Origin: Actinomycetota bacterium | GTDB taxonomy: Bacteria; Actinomycetota; Thermoleophilia; Gaiellales; F1-60-MAGs149 | DNA: 64,000 nt | Reading direction: 5' to 3' | NCBI GenBank assembly: GCA_026392355.1 | Contig: JAPLCF010000041.1 | Coordinates: forward strand, 4,561-68,560 | In this document: positions 45,990-54,970 of the stretch, in pieces | Numbering within the stretch: position 1 is the stretch's first letter | How the letters are laid out: every line of letters starts with the position of its first letter | Position numbers and translations under genes: made by a program | The notes under the pieces: model-generated | Seen by the model: only the letters and a program-made list of their open reading frames with translations | What the model was told of the DNA's origin: nothing | The model's database searches: none

Positions 45990-46832
45990 TCAGTCGGGCG
46001 CGCTGAGCAACTGCTCGACGTTCTCCACGAACCACTCGCCGCCGTGGTCGGGCGCCAGGCGTAGCGCGTTGGCGCCGTGCTGCTCGACGAGGTCGCAGGC
46101 GCGACGCAGCTCGTCGAGGCGGGTGGCGTACGCCGTGGCGTCGGCGACGTCGGGGTCGTGGCCCTCAAGTGCGAACGCGGGGTCGAACGGTGCCAGGCGC
46201 TGGAGCAACGCGCGCGTGCCCGCCACCGTCAGGTAGGCAGGGTCGCCCCAGAGGCACTGGTAGAGCGCATCGCCGAGGAACAGCACACGATCCTCGGGTT
46301 CCCAGATCACCACCGAGTCATCGGCGTGGTCGCCGCCGACCCAGCACAGCTCGACCGTCGTGTCGCCGAGGTCGACGTGATGCGACTCGGCGAACGTGAC
46401 CTGCGGCACGACGATGCGCAGCGATGTGCGCTCGTCTTCGGTGAACTCCTCGAGCAGGTGCGGGAGAGAGAACGCGAGCTCGAGCCCGTCGTCGACGCGC
46501 TGCCGCAGCGCGTTCTCGTCCCACGCGTAGTCGGCCTGGACGGCGACACCGGCCGCCGTCCGCTCCGACGCCAGCACCGGCACGTCGAGCGCAGCCGAGC
46601 CGAACGAGTGGTCCCAGTGCCAGTGCGTCAGTGCGATGCCGACGATCGGCGGGCGATTGTGCGCCTCGAGTTCTGCCGTGAACGCAGCGAGGTGCGCGGG
46701 CGACGCACCGCCGTCGACGATCAGCGTGCCGGCGGTGCCGCGGATCGCGCCGAGCACAGGACGATCAGTACGCTCGTCGGGCGTGAAGCGATCCACGCGA
46801 GGCGAGACTTTCTCGAAGCGGCAGTCAGGCAT
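45990..46832 (-). CDS. MBL-fold metallohydrolase
   Basis: IVDGG, LTHWHWDHSFG, GGDHADDS, LFLGDA, EGH. Confidence 0.85.
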   Translation of the reverse strand: MPDCRFEKVSPRVDRFTPDERTDRPVLGAIRGTAGTLIVDGGASPAHLAAFTAELEAHNRPPIVGIALTHWHWDHSFGSAALDVPVLASERTAAGVAVQADYAWDENALRQRVDDGLELAFSLPHLLEEFTEDERTSLRIVVPQVTFAESHHVDLGDTTVELCWVGGDHADDSVVIWEPEDRVLFLGDALYQCLWGDPAYLTVAGTRALLQRLAPFDPAFALEGHDPDVADATAYATRLDELRRACDLVEQHGANALRLAPDHGGEWFVENVEQLLSAPD

Positions 46833-46843
46833 AAACTACACGG

Positions 46844-48274
46844 ATGCTACGCGTTGCCCGCCCGCCCGTGGAGATCCTTAGCCCGACCGATATCGCGCGC
46901 CTTGATGCGGCGTGGCGCACGATCATTAGCGAGTTCGGCGTGCAGTTTGAGCACGCCGGCGCTCTCGCGCTCCTGCAGGAGGCCGGCCAGCGCGTCGAGG
47001 GCGAGACCGTCTTCTTCGACGCTGATTGGGTCGCAGATCTCGTCGCGCAGACGCCGTCGAGCTTCACCTGGCACGCGCGCAATGCCGAGCGGTCGCTGGA
47101 GCTTGGCGCCGGCATCACGACCTTTGCGCCAGCGTACGGTGCGCCGTTTGTGACCAAGGGCGGCGAGCGCGGCAACGGTTCGCTTGCCGACCTCCGCAAC
47201 CTTGTGGCGCTGATTCAGGATGCCGACGAGCTCGACATCGCTGGCGGTGTCGTCACTGAGGCGCAGGACGTGCCGGTCGAGTACCGGCACCTGCAGCTGC
47301 TCCGTACGCTTGCGATCGAGTCCGACAAGCCATTCATGGCTGCCGTCTCGTCGCGTGACGCCACGCTCGACAGCATGCGCATAGCGGACATCGTCCTCGG
47401 GGGGCTTGACGGGCGCTGTGCGATGACGGCGATCCTCAATTCCGTCTCGCCGCTGCGCTGGGACGAGCGTATGACCGACGCGATGATGCTGCTTGCCGAG
47501 CACGGGCAGGCCGGCATCATCATGCCCGGCGCCATGCTCGGTGCGATGGCACCCGTCACGATCGCGGGTGGCACGGCCGAGATGCTGGCCGAAGCCTTTG
47601 CCGCGATCGCCTTGGTCCAGACCGTGCGCCCGGGCGCGCCGGTGCTGATCGGCTCGGGCTTGCCCATCACCGACATGCAGTCCGGCGCTGCCGGGTTCTC
47701 CGGGCCAGAGCTCGCCCAGGGCGTCGTCCTCGGTTGCCAGCTGGCACGGCACTACGGTCTCCCGACCCGCGCCCTCGGTGGCGGCCTGACGACGAGTCAG
47801 GTGACCGATGCACAGGCAGGGTGGGAATCGATGCAGATTCTGAAGGCCTCGCTCGATGGCCATGCCGACGTCGTCATGCACGCGGCGGGTTGGCTCGACG
47901 CGGGCCTCGTGACGGGCTTCGAGAAGCTCGTCGCTGACGTCGACATCATCGGTTCGCTGATGGTCGAGTACGGCCCCGTTGAGATCGACGATGCGACGCT
48001 CGCACTCGATGCGATCCGCGAGGTCGGCCACGGTGGACACTTCTTCGGGGTCGATCACACGATGGAGCGCTACCGCACGTGCTTCCATCGTCCTGTCGTC
48101 GCGTCGAAGCAGAACATCGAGCGCTGGCGCGCGGCCGGTTCGCTCACGGCCGAACAGCGCGCCGAGGCAATCTGGCGTGAGCGACTCGAAGCGCACGTGC
48201 CGCCGCCGATTGATGCGGATGTTGAGCGCGAGGTCGACGCGTACATCGCGGCCCGCACGCTCGAACTGCGTTAG
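46844..48274 (+). CDS. Trimethylamine methyltransferase (MttB) superfamily protein, non-pyrrolysine (second copy)
   Basis: TPSSFTWHARNA, NSVSPLRWD, GLPTRALGGGLTTSQVTDAQA, AGWLDAGL..GFEK..D. Confidence 0.9.
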   Translation: MLRVARPPVEILSPTDIARLDAAWRTIISEFGVQFEHAGALALLQEAGQRVEGETVFFDADWVADLVAQTPSSFTWHARNAERSLELGAGITTFAPAYGAPFVTKGGERGNGSLADLRNLVALIQDADELDIAGGVVTEAQDVPVEYRHLQLLRTLAIESDKPFMAAVSSRDATLDSMRIADIVLGGLDGRCAMTAILNSVSPLRWDERMTDAMMLLAEHGQAGIIMPGAMLGAMAPVTIAGGTAEMLAEAFAAIALVQTVRPGAPVLIGSGLPITDMQSGAAGFSGPELAQGVVLGCQLARHYGLPTRALGGGLTTSQVTDAQAGWESMQILKASLDGHADVVMHAAGWLDAGLVTGFEKLVADVDIIGSLMVEYGPVEIDDATLALDAIREVGHGGHFFGVDHTMERYRTCFHRPVVASKQNIERWRAAGSLTAEQRAEAIWRERLEAHVPPPIDADVEREVDAYIAARTLELR

Positions 48275-48295
48275 ACGCTCCCAGGTGACACAGGC

Positions 48296-48328
48296 GGGCG
48301 GCCGGTGGGTCGTCGACACCGGCCGCCC
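48296..48328. terminator. Terminator hairpin
   Basis: 12-bp perfect stem GGGCGGCCGGTG / CACCGGCCGCCC. Confidence 0.7.
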
Positions 48329-48481
48329 TGTATGTCCAGAACGCTGCGGGGTCGTCGGCCGCTTCGTTGCGTCTGTACCGGGGCTGACGCGGCGGCCCGG
48401 AGGATCTGACGCGGGAAACCCACATTCGCGACGTCAGTGCACCAAGCGGTAACCAAGATCACCCGACGCGGACGGCGGCGA

Positions 48482-49294
48482 TCAGTCGGGCGCGCGGCGT
48501 GCGAGCTGCGAGCCCTGCACCGAATTGACCGCATCGAGCACGATCGAGTCGCCGCGCCAGCGATCATCGGAATGCTCGATCGGCGTACCGTCGCTGGCAA
48601 AGACGGTGCGCTCCTGGCGCAGCAGCGGCGTGCCGGGTCGCGCGCGCAAGAGTTCGGCGTCAGCGGCTTCGGCCGCGATGGCGCTGATGCGGTGGTGCCC
48701 TGACGCCACCTCGATGCCGTGCTCCGCGAGCGCCGCGTACACGCTGCCCGCCTCGAGATCGGCATCGACGAGCAGGGCACCGATGCGCTCGGGGTAGGCC
48801 GCGTGCTCGACCATCACAGGCACGCCGTCGAGAAGGCGCACGCGAACCATCGTCCAGACGAGGTCGTTGTCGCCGATCCGCAGCTCGTGTGCGACGGCCG
48901 GGTCCACGCTGCGGCGCACGAGCTCGACCATCCGCGCGCCCGGGTTCGCGCCCTGCTGTCGCGCCCAGGCCGTGAAGGACAACAGTTCGGAGAACGGCTG
49001 TAGGCGCGGGCGCTGCAGCACCGAGGTTCGAGCGCCCTGCCGCGTCTGCACGAGTCCCTCCGCGCGCAGCGTTGCGACTGCCTGTCGGACGGTGCCGCGG
49101 GCAAGCCCGGTCGCGTCCATCAGTGCTGCATCCCCGGGCAGGAGGTCGCCAGGCAGCAGCTCGCCACTCGCGATCGTGTCGCGCAGGGCGGAGGCGAGGC
49201 GCACATGTGCAGGGACACCTTGGTCCACCTGTCCATAGCGCTTCCCCACGGCCTTCACCACGTCGTCTCCCGCCCGCTTGACATGACTAGACAT
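48482..49294 (-). CDS. GntR family regulator, HutC/UTRA subfamily
   Basis: LRDTIASGELLPGDLLPG...GLARGTVRQAVATL..EGLV HTH plus UTRA (RVRLLDGVP, LLRQERT). Exact start uncertain. Confidence 0.9.
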   Translation of the reverse strand: MSSHVKRAGDDVVKAVGKRYGQVDQGVPAHVRLASALRDTIASGELLPGDLLPGDAALMDATGLARGTVRQAVATLRAEGLVQTRQGARTSVLQRPRLQPFSELLSFTAWARQQGANPGARMVELVRRSVDPAVAHELRIGDNDLVWTMVRVRLLDGVPVMVEHAAYPERIGALLVDADLEAGSVYAALAEHGIEVASGHHRISAIAAEAADAELLRARPGTPLLRQERTVFASDGTPIEHSDDRWRGDSIVLDAVNSVQGSQLARRAPD

Positions 49295-49326
49295 GTCTGC
49301 GACCTTGATCAAAACGTGTCCAGACA
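49278..49326. promoter_or_regulatory. Two TGTCTAGACA-like operator boxes and a TTGACA element
   Basis: CATGACTAGACATG (49282-49295), TGTCCAGACA (49317-49326), TTGACA (49278-49283). Confidence 0.55.
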
Positions 49327-49335
49327 GGTTTCCCC

Positions 49336-51795
49336 ATGACTGCAACTGTACCGAGCCGCGCGCGCATCGTCATCATCGGCGGTGGCGTGATCGGAACATC
49401 GATCGCGTACCACCTCGCCAAGGGCGGCGAGCGGGACGTTGTCGTGCTCGAGCAGTCTGAGATCGGCGGCGGCACGACGTGGCACGCGGCGGGCATGGTG
49501 GGGCGCCTCCGCGCCAGCAGCACCTTCGCGCGCATGTGCGACACGTCGGCCAAGCTCTACGCCGGTCTTGAGGCCGAGACGGGGGAGAAGGTCGACTGGC
49601 GCCAGTGCGGCACGCTCTACGTGGCGCGCAACGACGAGCGCATGTTCCAGTACCGCCGCACCGGCGCGATGGCGCAGCACCTCGGCATCGACGTCGAGAT
49701 GGTGGGCAAGCAGGAGGCGATCGACCTCTTCCCGTTCCAGCGCGCCGATGACCTCGTAGGCGGCCTGTACATCCCCGACGACGGCAAGGTCGAGCCCGCG
49801 GGTGTTGCCCGCGCGCTCGCCAAGGGTGCCGAGATGCGCGGCGTGACGATCTGCGAGCACGCGCGCGTTACCGGCCTGCGTGTGGAAAACGGCCGCGCCA
49901 CTGGCGTCGCGCTCGACGATGGTCACGTGATCGAGGCCGAGGAGATCGTCCTCAGCGGCGGCATGTGGACGCGCGATCTGGCCCGCGAGTACGGCATCAA
50001 CGTGCCGCTCGCCCCGGTCGAGCACCACTACGCCGACTCCAACCCGATCCCCGGTGACATCGACATGTACCCGTGCACCCGCGACGCCGATGGCTGCACG
50101 TACTACCTCACCGTGCACGACAAGATTCGCCTCGGCGCGTTCCAGGCTGTCACCAAGGCGTGGGAGGTCGACCCGGTCCCGTACCCGTTCTCGTTCGCGC
50201 TGCTCGAGGACGACTGGGAGCACTTTGAGCCACCGCTCACGGAGGGTAAGCACCGGCTGCCGATCCTCGAGGAAGTTGGCTTCGAGCGCTTCGTCAATGG
50301 CCCCGAGTCGTTTACGCCCGACTCGAACTTCTTGCTCGGTCCGGCGCCGAGCGTGCCCGGCGTGTGGATTGCCGCTGGCATGAATTCCGCCGGCATGGCC
50401 TTCGGTGGCGGTGTCGGCGAGGCACTGGCCTCGTGGCTGATCGAGGGCTACGCGCCGTTTGATCTGAGCATGGTCGACCCGGCTCGCTTTGCGCCCGAGC
50501 AGGACAACCTCGAGTACCTGCGCCAGCGCGTCACCGAGGCACTCGGCACGCATTACCTGATGGCCTACCCCAATCGTGAGCTCTTGACGGGGCGCCCGCT
50601 GCGCACCTCACCGGTCCACGAGACGATGGAGCGCGCTGGCGCCTGGTTCGGCGAGAAGGCTGGCATGGAGCGTCCAAACTTCTTCGGCGATCCGGGCACG
50701 CGGCCCGAGGTCGAGTACTCGTTTGGTCGGCAGTCCTGGTTCGAGAACCATCGCCGCGAGCACATGGCGGCCCGAGAGCACGTGGCCGTCTTCGACCAGT
50801 CGGGCTTCGGCAAGCTCGAAGTCGTCGGCCCCGACGCACTGACGGTGCTCAACCGCCTCTGCGCCAACGACGTTGACGTCGCGCCCGGTCACCTCGTCTA
50901 CACCGCCATGCTCGACGACCGCGGCCGGTTCTTCAGCGATCTCACCGTCCTGCGTCTCGCCGACGATCGCTTCCGCCTGATCACCGGAACCGCCCAGCGC
51001 ATCCGCGACCTCTGGCACGTTCGCCGCGGAGCCGAAGGAGCCGACTGCACCGTCGAGGACGTCACCGGCGAGACCGCTGTGATCAGCGTCATGGGCCCCA
51101 ACAGTCGAGCGCTGCTCCAGCCGATCGTCGACGCCGATCTTGCCAACGGGGCGTTCCCGTTCGGCGTCGTGCAAGAAGTCGTGATCAATGAGCGCAGGCT
51201 GCATGCTGCGCGCGTGACGTACGTCGGCGAGCTGGGGTGGGAACTCCACATTCCGGCGGCCGATGCGCGCGACGTGCTCTGGAAGATCCTGTCGGTCGAG
51301 GCCGACGGCGAGGCGGCGCTGCTCGCGGGCCACTACGCGATCAACTCGCTGCGTCTCGAGAAGGCGTATCGCGCCTGGGGGCACGAGCTCTCGCCCGACG
51401 AAACGCCCGTCGAGGCAGGTCTCGGATTTGCGGTCGCGTGGGATAAGCCTGGCGGGTTCATTGGTCGTGATGCACTCCTCGCCCAGCGTGAGACGGGTGC
51501 CAATGCGCTCTCGAAGCGCCTCGTCGGCTTTCGCGCACTCGATCCTGAGCTGACCCTGTGGGGCGGTGAGCGCCTGTGGCGCGACAACGAGCCGCTTGGC
51601 TACACCACCAGCGGTGCGTACGGTCATGCCGTCGGTGGAGCCGTTGCGCTCGGCTACGCCAAGCACCCCGAGGGTGTCAGCGCCGACTGGCTGCAGGCGG
51701 GCGCGTACGCCGTGGAGGTCAACGGCCAACGCCACGCCGTCGAGGCCTCCCTCAAACCGTTCTACGACCCCGACCGCAGCCGCGTGCTGTCCTAA
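49336..51795 (+). CDS. FAD-dependent oxidoreductase with GcvT folate-binding domain (dimethylglycine/sarcosine dehydrogenase-like)
   Basis: GGGVIG, GTTWHAAG, NGPESFTPD, FGEKAGMERP, FDQSGFGK, YTAML, TYVGELGWE, LRLEKAYR. Confidence 0.93.
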   Translation: MTATVPSRARIVIIGGGVIGTSIAYHLAKGGERDVVVLEQSEIGGGTTWHAAGMVGRLRASSTFARMCDTSAKLYAGLEAETGEKVDWRQCGTLYVARNDERMFQYRRTGAMAQHLGIDVEMVGKQEAIDLFPFQRADDLVGGLYIPDDGKVEPAGVARALAKGAEMRGVTICEHARVTGLRVENGRATGVALDDGHVIEAEEIVLSGGMWTRDLAREYGINVPLAPVEHHYADSNPIPGDIDMYPCTRDADGCTYYLTVHDKIRLGAFQAVTKAWEVDPVPYPFSFALLEDDWEHFEPPLTEGKHRLPILEEVGFERFVNGPESFTPDSNFLLGPAPSVPGVWIAAGMNSAGMAFGGGVGEALASWLIEGYAPFDLSMVDPARFAPEQDNLEYLRQRVTEALGTHYLMAYPNRELLTGRPLRTSPVHETMERAGAWFGEKAGMERPNFFGDPGTRPEVEYSFGRQSWFENHRREHMAAREHVAVFDQSGFGKLEVVGPDALTVLNRLCANDVDVAPGHLVYTAMLDDRGRFFSDLTVLRLADDRFRLITGTAQRIRDLWHVRRGAEGADCTVEDVTGETAVISVMGPNSRALLQPIVDADLANGAFPFGVVQEVVINERRLHAARVTYVGELGWELHIPAADARDVLWKILSVEADGEAALLAGHYAINSLRLEKAYRAWGHELSPDETPVEAGLGFAVAWDKPGGFIGRDALLAQRETGANALSKRLVGFRALDPELTLWGGERLWRDNEPLGYTTSGAYGHAVGGAVALGYAKHPEGVSADWLQAGAYAVEVNGQRHAVEASLKPFYDPDRSRVLS

Positions 51796-51807
51796 GGAGC
51801 ACTCGAC

Positions 51808-54231
51808 ATGATCGAACACGCAGACGTTGTCATCATCGGTGGCGGGGTGACCGGTTGCAGCATCGCCTATCACCTCGCGAAGCAGAGCGGCGGGACCGGC
51901 AAGATCGTCCTGATCGATAAGGGCGAGTTGACGAGCGGCTCGACGCACCACGCAGCCGGTCTCGTCACGCAGTTCAACCCGTCCGAGACGATGATGAAGT
52001 TCCGTCGGTACTCGATCGAGCTGTATAAGGAACTCGACGTCTTCGAGACGACGGGTTCGCTGCGCATCGCTTCGTCACCGGAACAGCTCGCCGAGATGCG
52101 TCGCGGCGTCTCGCGCGCCCGTGGCATCGGCATGGATGTGGAGCTGCTCGAGCCCGAGGCCTGCCTCGAGAAGATGCCGGCCGCCTCGCCTGAGTCGCTC
52201 TATGGCGGCGTCTGGGTCCCTGGCGACGGCTGGCTCGACCCGCACCGCACGACGTACGCCTTGGCGAACGCCGCGCGCGAGCTCGGTGTCGAGATCATCC
52301 AGCACTGTCGTGTCACGGGCATCGACCGCGGCCCCGGCGGCGAGGTCATCGCCGTCCGCACCGAGCACGGGCGTATCGCCTGCGAAACGGTTGTCAATGC
52401 GTCTGGCATGTGGGCGCCACGCGTCTGCGAGATGGTCGGTACCTGGGTACCGTCCACGCCCGTCGACCATCAACACATCGCGCTCACGGCCGTTGAGGGC
52501 CACGAATTGCCGCGCGACATGCCGTGCTTTCGCGACCCCGACAACCTCGTCTACGGCAAGTCCGAGGCGGGCGGCATCCTCTTCGGCGGCTACGAGCCCG
52601 ACGCACCGGCGCGCTGGATCGACGGCGTGCCGTGGGAGCACAGCGCGCGCACGGTCCCGGCCGATGAGGAGCGCTTCGTCCAGCTGATGGAGGGCGCGAT
52701 TCGTCGCTTCCCGTTCCTCGAGCACGCCGGTGTGGTGGCGCTGATCTGCCATCCCGACGCAATGACGCCCGACGCCAACCCGCTGCTCGGGCCGATGCCC
52801 GGCGTGCCCGGCTTCTGGGTCGCCGCGGGTCTGTCGCTGAACGGCTTCGGTGGGGCCGGCGGTATGGGCAAGACGCTGGCCGAGTGGATCCTCACCGGCG
52901 AGACCGAGTGGGATGTCTCGGGCTACCGCCCCTGGCGCTTTCCCGACGTCTACCGCGACCCCAAGCATGCCGCCACAGCCGGGCGCGAGACGTATCGCTA
53001 CTACTACCACCTGCGTTATCCCTACGACCAGGACGAGTGGGGCCGCCCGACGCGCGTCTCCGCGCTGCATAGTCGGCTGCAGGAGGCGGGCACCGTCTTC
53101 GGCGTCAAGTCCGGCTTCGAGCGCGCCGAGTACATCGAGCCCGGTCAGCCGTGGCGGCGCATGGGCGCGGACCAGCGCGCGTGGGGTTGGGGTCGCATGC
53201 CGTTCTTCGATCGCATTGGTGAGGAGCACCGGGCGATGCGCGAGACCGCCGGCCTGATCGACCTGTCGAGCTTCGGCAAGATCGCGATCGACGGCCCCGA
53301 CGCCTGCGCGCTCCTGCAGTTCGCGTGCGATGCCGAGATGGACAAGCCGGTGGGCAGCGTTATCTACACCCAGATGCTCGACCATCGCGGCGGTGTGATC
53401 GCCGACGTCACCGTCACCCGGCTCGCCGAAGACCGCTACCGCATGGTCACCGGCGCCGGCGCCGTGGCGTCAGACCGTGGTTGGCTCGAGGGCATCGCCC
53501 ATCGCGCCCAGTACGACGTGACGATCCGCGAGGAGAGCGACGAGCTCGCCGTGATCGGCATCTGGGGTCCCAACGCCAAGACGATCATGAGCGCGGTCAC
53601 GACGGCCGACCTCTCCAACGAGGCGTTCCCGTTCGGCACCGGCCAGGACATCCACGTCGGCAGCGCGCCGGCGTTCGCGCAGCGCATCACCTACGTCGGC
53701 GAGTTCGGGTACGAGCTGTACGTCACGCGCGCCTGGGCAACGGCCGTCTGGGACAGCCTGCTCGCCGCTGGCGCCACGCAGGGCCTCCGCGTCTGTGGTT
53801 ACCGCTCGCTCGACGGCCTGCGGATGGAGAAGGGCTACCGCTACATCGGCACCGACCTTGCGCCGGGCGACACGCCCGACCAGGCCGGCCTCGCCTTCTG
53901 CGCCAAGAAGGACGCCGACTACATCGGCAAGGACGCGCTCGAGAAGCGCCGCGCCGAGGGCTTCGCCACGCGCATCCGTACGCTCAAGCTCGGCAGCGGC
54001 GACTGGCTACCGGCCTACGGCGGCGAGGTCGTGCTCAAGGACGGCGCGCCGATTAGCCGCCTGCGCTCGGTCGCCTACGGCTACACGGTTGGCTCGATGC
54101 TGGCGTTCGCCTATCTGCCGACAGGCCTGGTCGAGGGCGACACGGTCGAGATCGAGACGCTCGACGGCATCGTCACTGCGACGATCGCTGCCGACCGCCT
54201 GGTCGATCCGGCGGGCGAAAAGATGCGCTGA
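51808..54231 (+). CDS. Second GcvT-domain FAD-dependent oxidoreductase (dimethylglycine/sarcosine dehydrogenase-like)
   Basis: GGGVTG, GSTHHAAG, DAMTPD, KSGFERA, DLSSFGK, TYVGEFGYE, LRMEKGYR. Confidence 0.93.
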   Translation: MIEHADVVIIGGGVTGCSIAYHLAKQSGGTGKIVLIDKGELTSGSTHHAAGLVTQFNPSETMMKFRRYSIELYKELDVFETTGSLRIASSPEQLAEMRRGVSRARGIGMDVELLEPEACLEKMPAASPESLYGGVWVPGDGWLDPHRTTYALANAARELGVEIIQHCRVTGIDRGPGGEVIAVRTEHGRIACETVVNASGMWAPRVCEMVGTWVPSTPVDHQHIALTAVEGHELPRDMPCFRDPDNLVYGKSEAGGILFGGYEPDAPARWIDGVPWEHSARTVPADEERFVQLMEGAIRRFPFLEHAGVVALICHPDAMTPDANPLLGPMPGVPGFWVAAGLSLNGFGGAGGMGKTLAEWILTGETEWDVSGYRPWRFPDVYRDPKHAATAGRETYRYYYHLRYPYDQDEWGRPTRVSALHSRLQEAGTVFGVKSGFERAEYIEPGQPWRRMGADQRAWGWGRMPFFDRIGEEHRAMRETAGLIDLSSFGKIAIDGPDACALLQFACDAEMDKPVGSVIYTQMLDHRGGVIADVTVTRLAEDRYRMVTGAGAVASDRGWLEGIAHRAQYDVTIREESDELAVIGIWGPNAKTIMSAVTTADLSNEAFPFGTGQDIHVGSAPAFAQRITYVGEFGYELYVTRAWATAVWDSLLAAGATQGLRVCGYRSLDGLRMEKGYRYIGTDLAPGDTPDQAGLAFCAKKDADYIGKDALEKRRAEGFATRIRTLKLGSGDWLPAYGGEVVLKDGAPISRLRSVAYGYTVGSMLAFAYLPTGLVEGDTVEIETLDGIVTATIAADRLVDPAGEKMR

Positions 54232-54281
54232 CCGGGCGCAACTGCTGCACGGGCTCAGGCCCGATCAAGAAGCTCGTCGGC

Positions 54282-54941
54282 TCAGGCGTGCTTCGCGTCG
54301 TGCCGCGCCTTGAGGCGGTGGATCGCGATCGGGACGATGCTGACGACGACGATCAGGATGATCGCGATCTCGAGGTTGTTCTTGATCACGGGCACGTTGC
54401 CGATCAGATAGCCGAGCAGGGTCAGGCCGACGGCCCAGAGCAGTGCGCCTATTGCGCTGTAGAACGCGTAGCGCTTGAAGTCCATCTTGCTCGCGCCAGC
54501 CAGCACGGTTATGAAGGTCCGCACGATCGCGATGAAGCGGCCGATGACGATGGCCGCGGCGCCGTAGCGGTTGAAGAACTCCTCGGTGTGATCGATGTAC
54601 TTCTTCTTAAAGATCCGTGAGTCCTCACGCCGGAAGAGCGCTGGCCCCGTGTGGTACCCCACGGCATAGCCCACGAGGTTTCCGGCGAAGGCCGCGACGA
54701 ACAACAGTGCGCAGACGAGCGCAATCGGCATGTCGATCGTGCCGTTGCCGACGAACAGTCCCACGACGAAGAGCAGTGAGTCGCCGGGGAGGAAGAAGCC
54801 GAAGAGCAGTCCGCATTCGGCGAAGATGATCGCTGCGGCGACCCAAATCGCAATTGGTCCGGCCGACTCGAGAAGAGTCTCCGGGTTGAGCCACGAGATG
54901 GGGCTGGCGAAGATGGGCGCAAGAAGCGATGCGAACGGCAC
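54282..54941 (-). CDS. DedA/VTT family membrane protein
   Basis: FAECGLLFGFFLPGDSLLF, FFNRYG...GRFI..VRTF....AG...M. Confidence 0.93.
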   Translation of the reverse strand: MPFASLLAPIFASPISWLNPETLLESAGPIAIWVAAAIIFAECGLLFGFFLPGDSLLFVVGLFVGNGTIDMPIALVCALLFVAAFAGNLVGYAVGYHTGPALFRREDSRIFKKKYIDHTEEFFNRYGAAAIVIGRFIAIVRTFITVLAGASKMDFKRYAFYSAIGALLWAVGLTLLGYLIGNVPVIKNNLEIAIILIVVVSIVPIAIHRLKARHDAKHA

Positions 54942-54970
54942 GCGCCCAGTGTACGCGAAGGATCCGGGGT

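Noticed and set aside
34256-48274. Pyrrolysine-encoding MttB
   Set aside because: Both ORFs are uninterrupted with Leu at the Pyl position; no pyl genes are present.
48300-48360. Guanidine-II (mini-ykkC) riboswitch from two CGACGACCC motifs on the minus strand
   Set aside because: The stems closing the ACGA loops are mismatched, and the element lies downstream of convergent genes with nothing to regulate.
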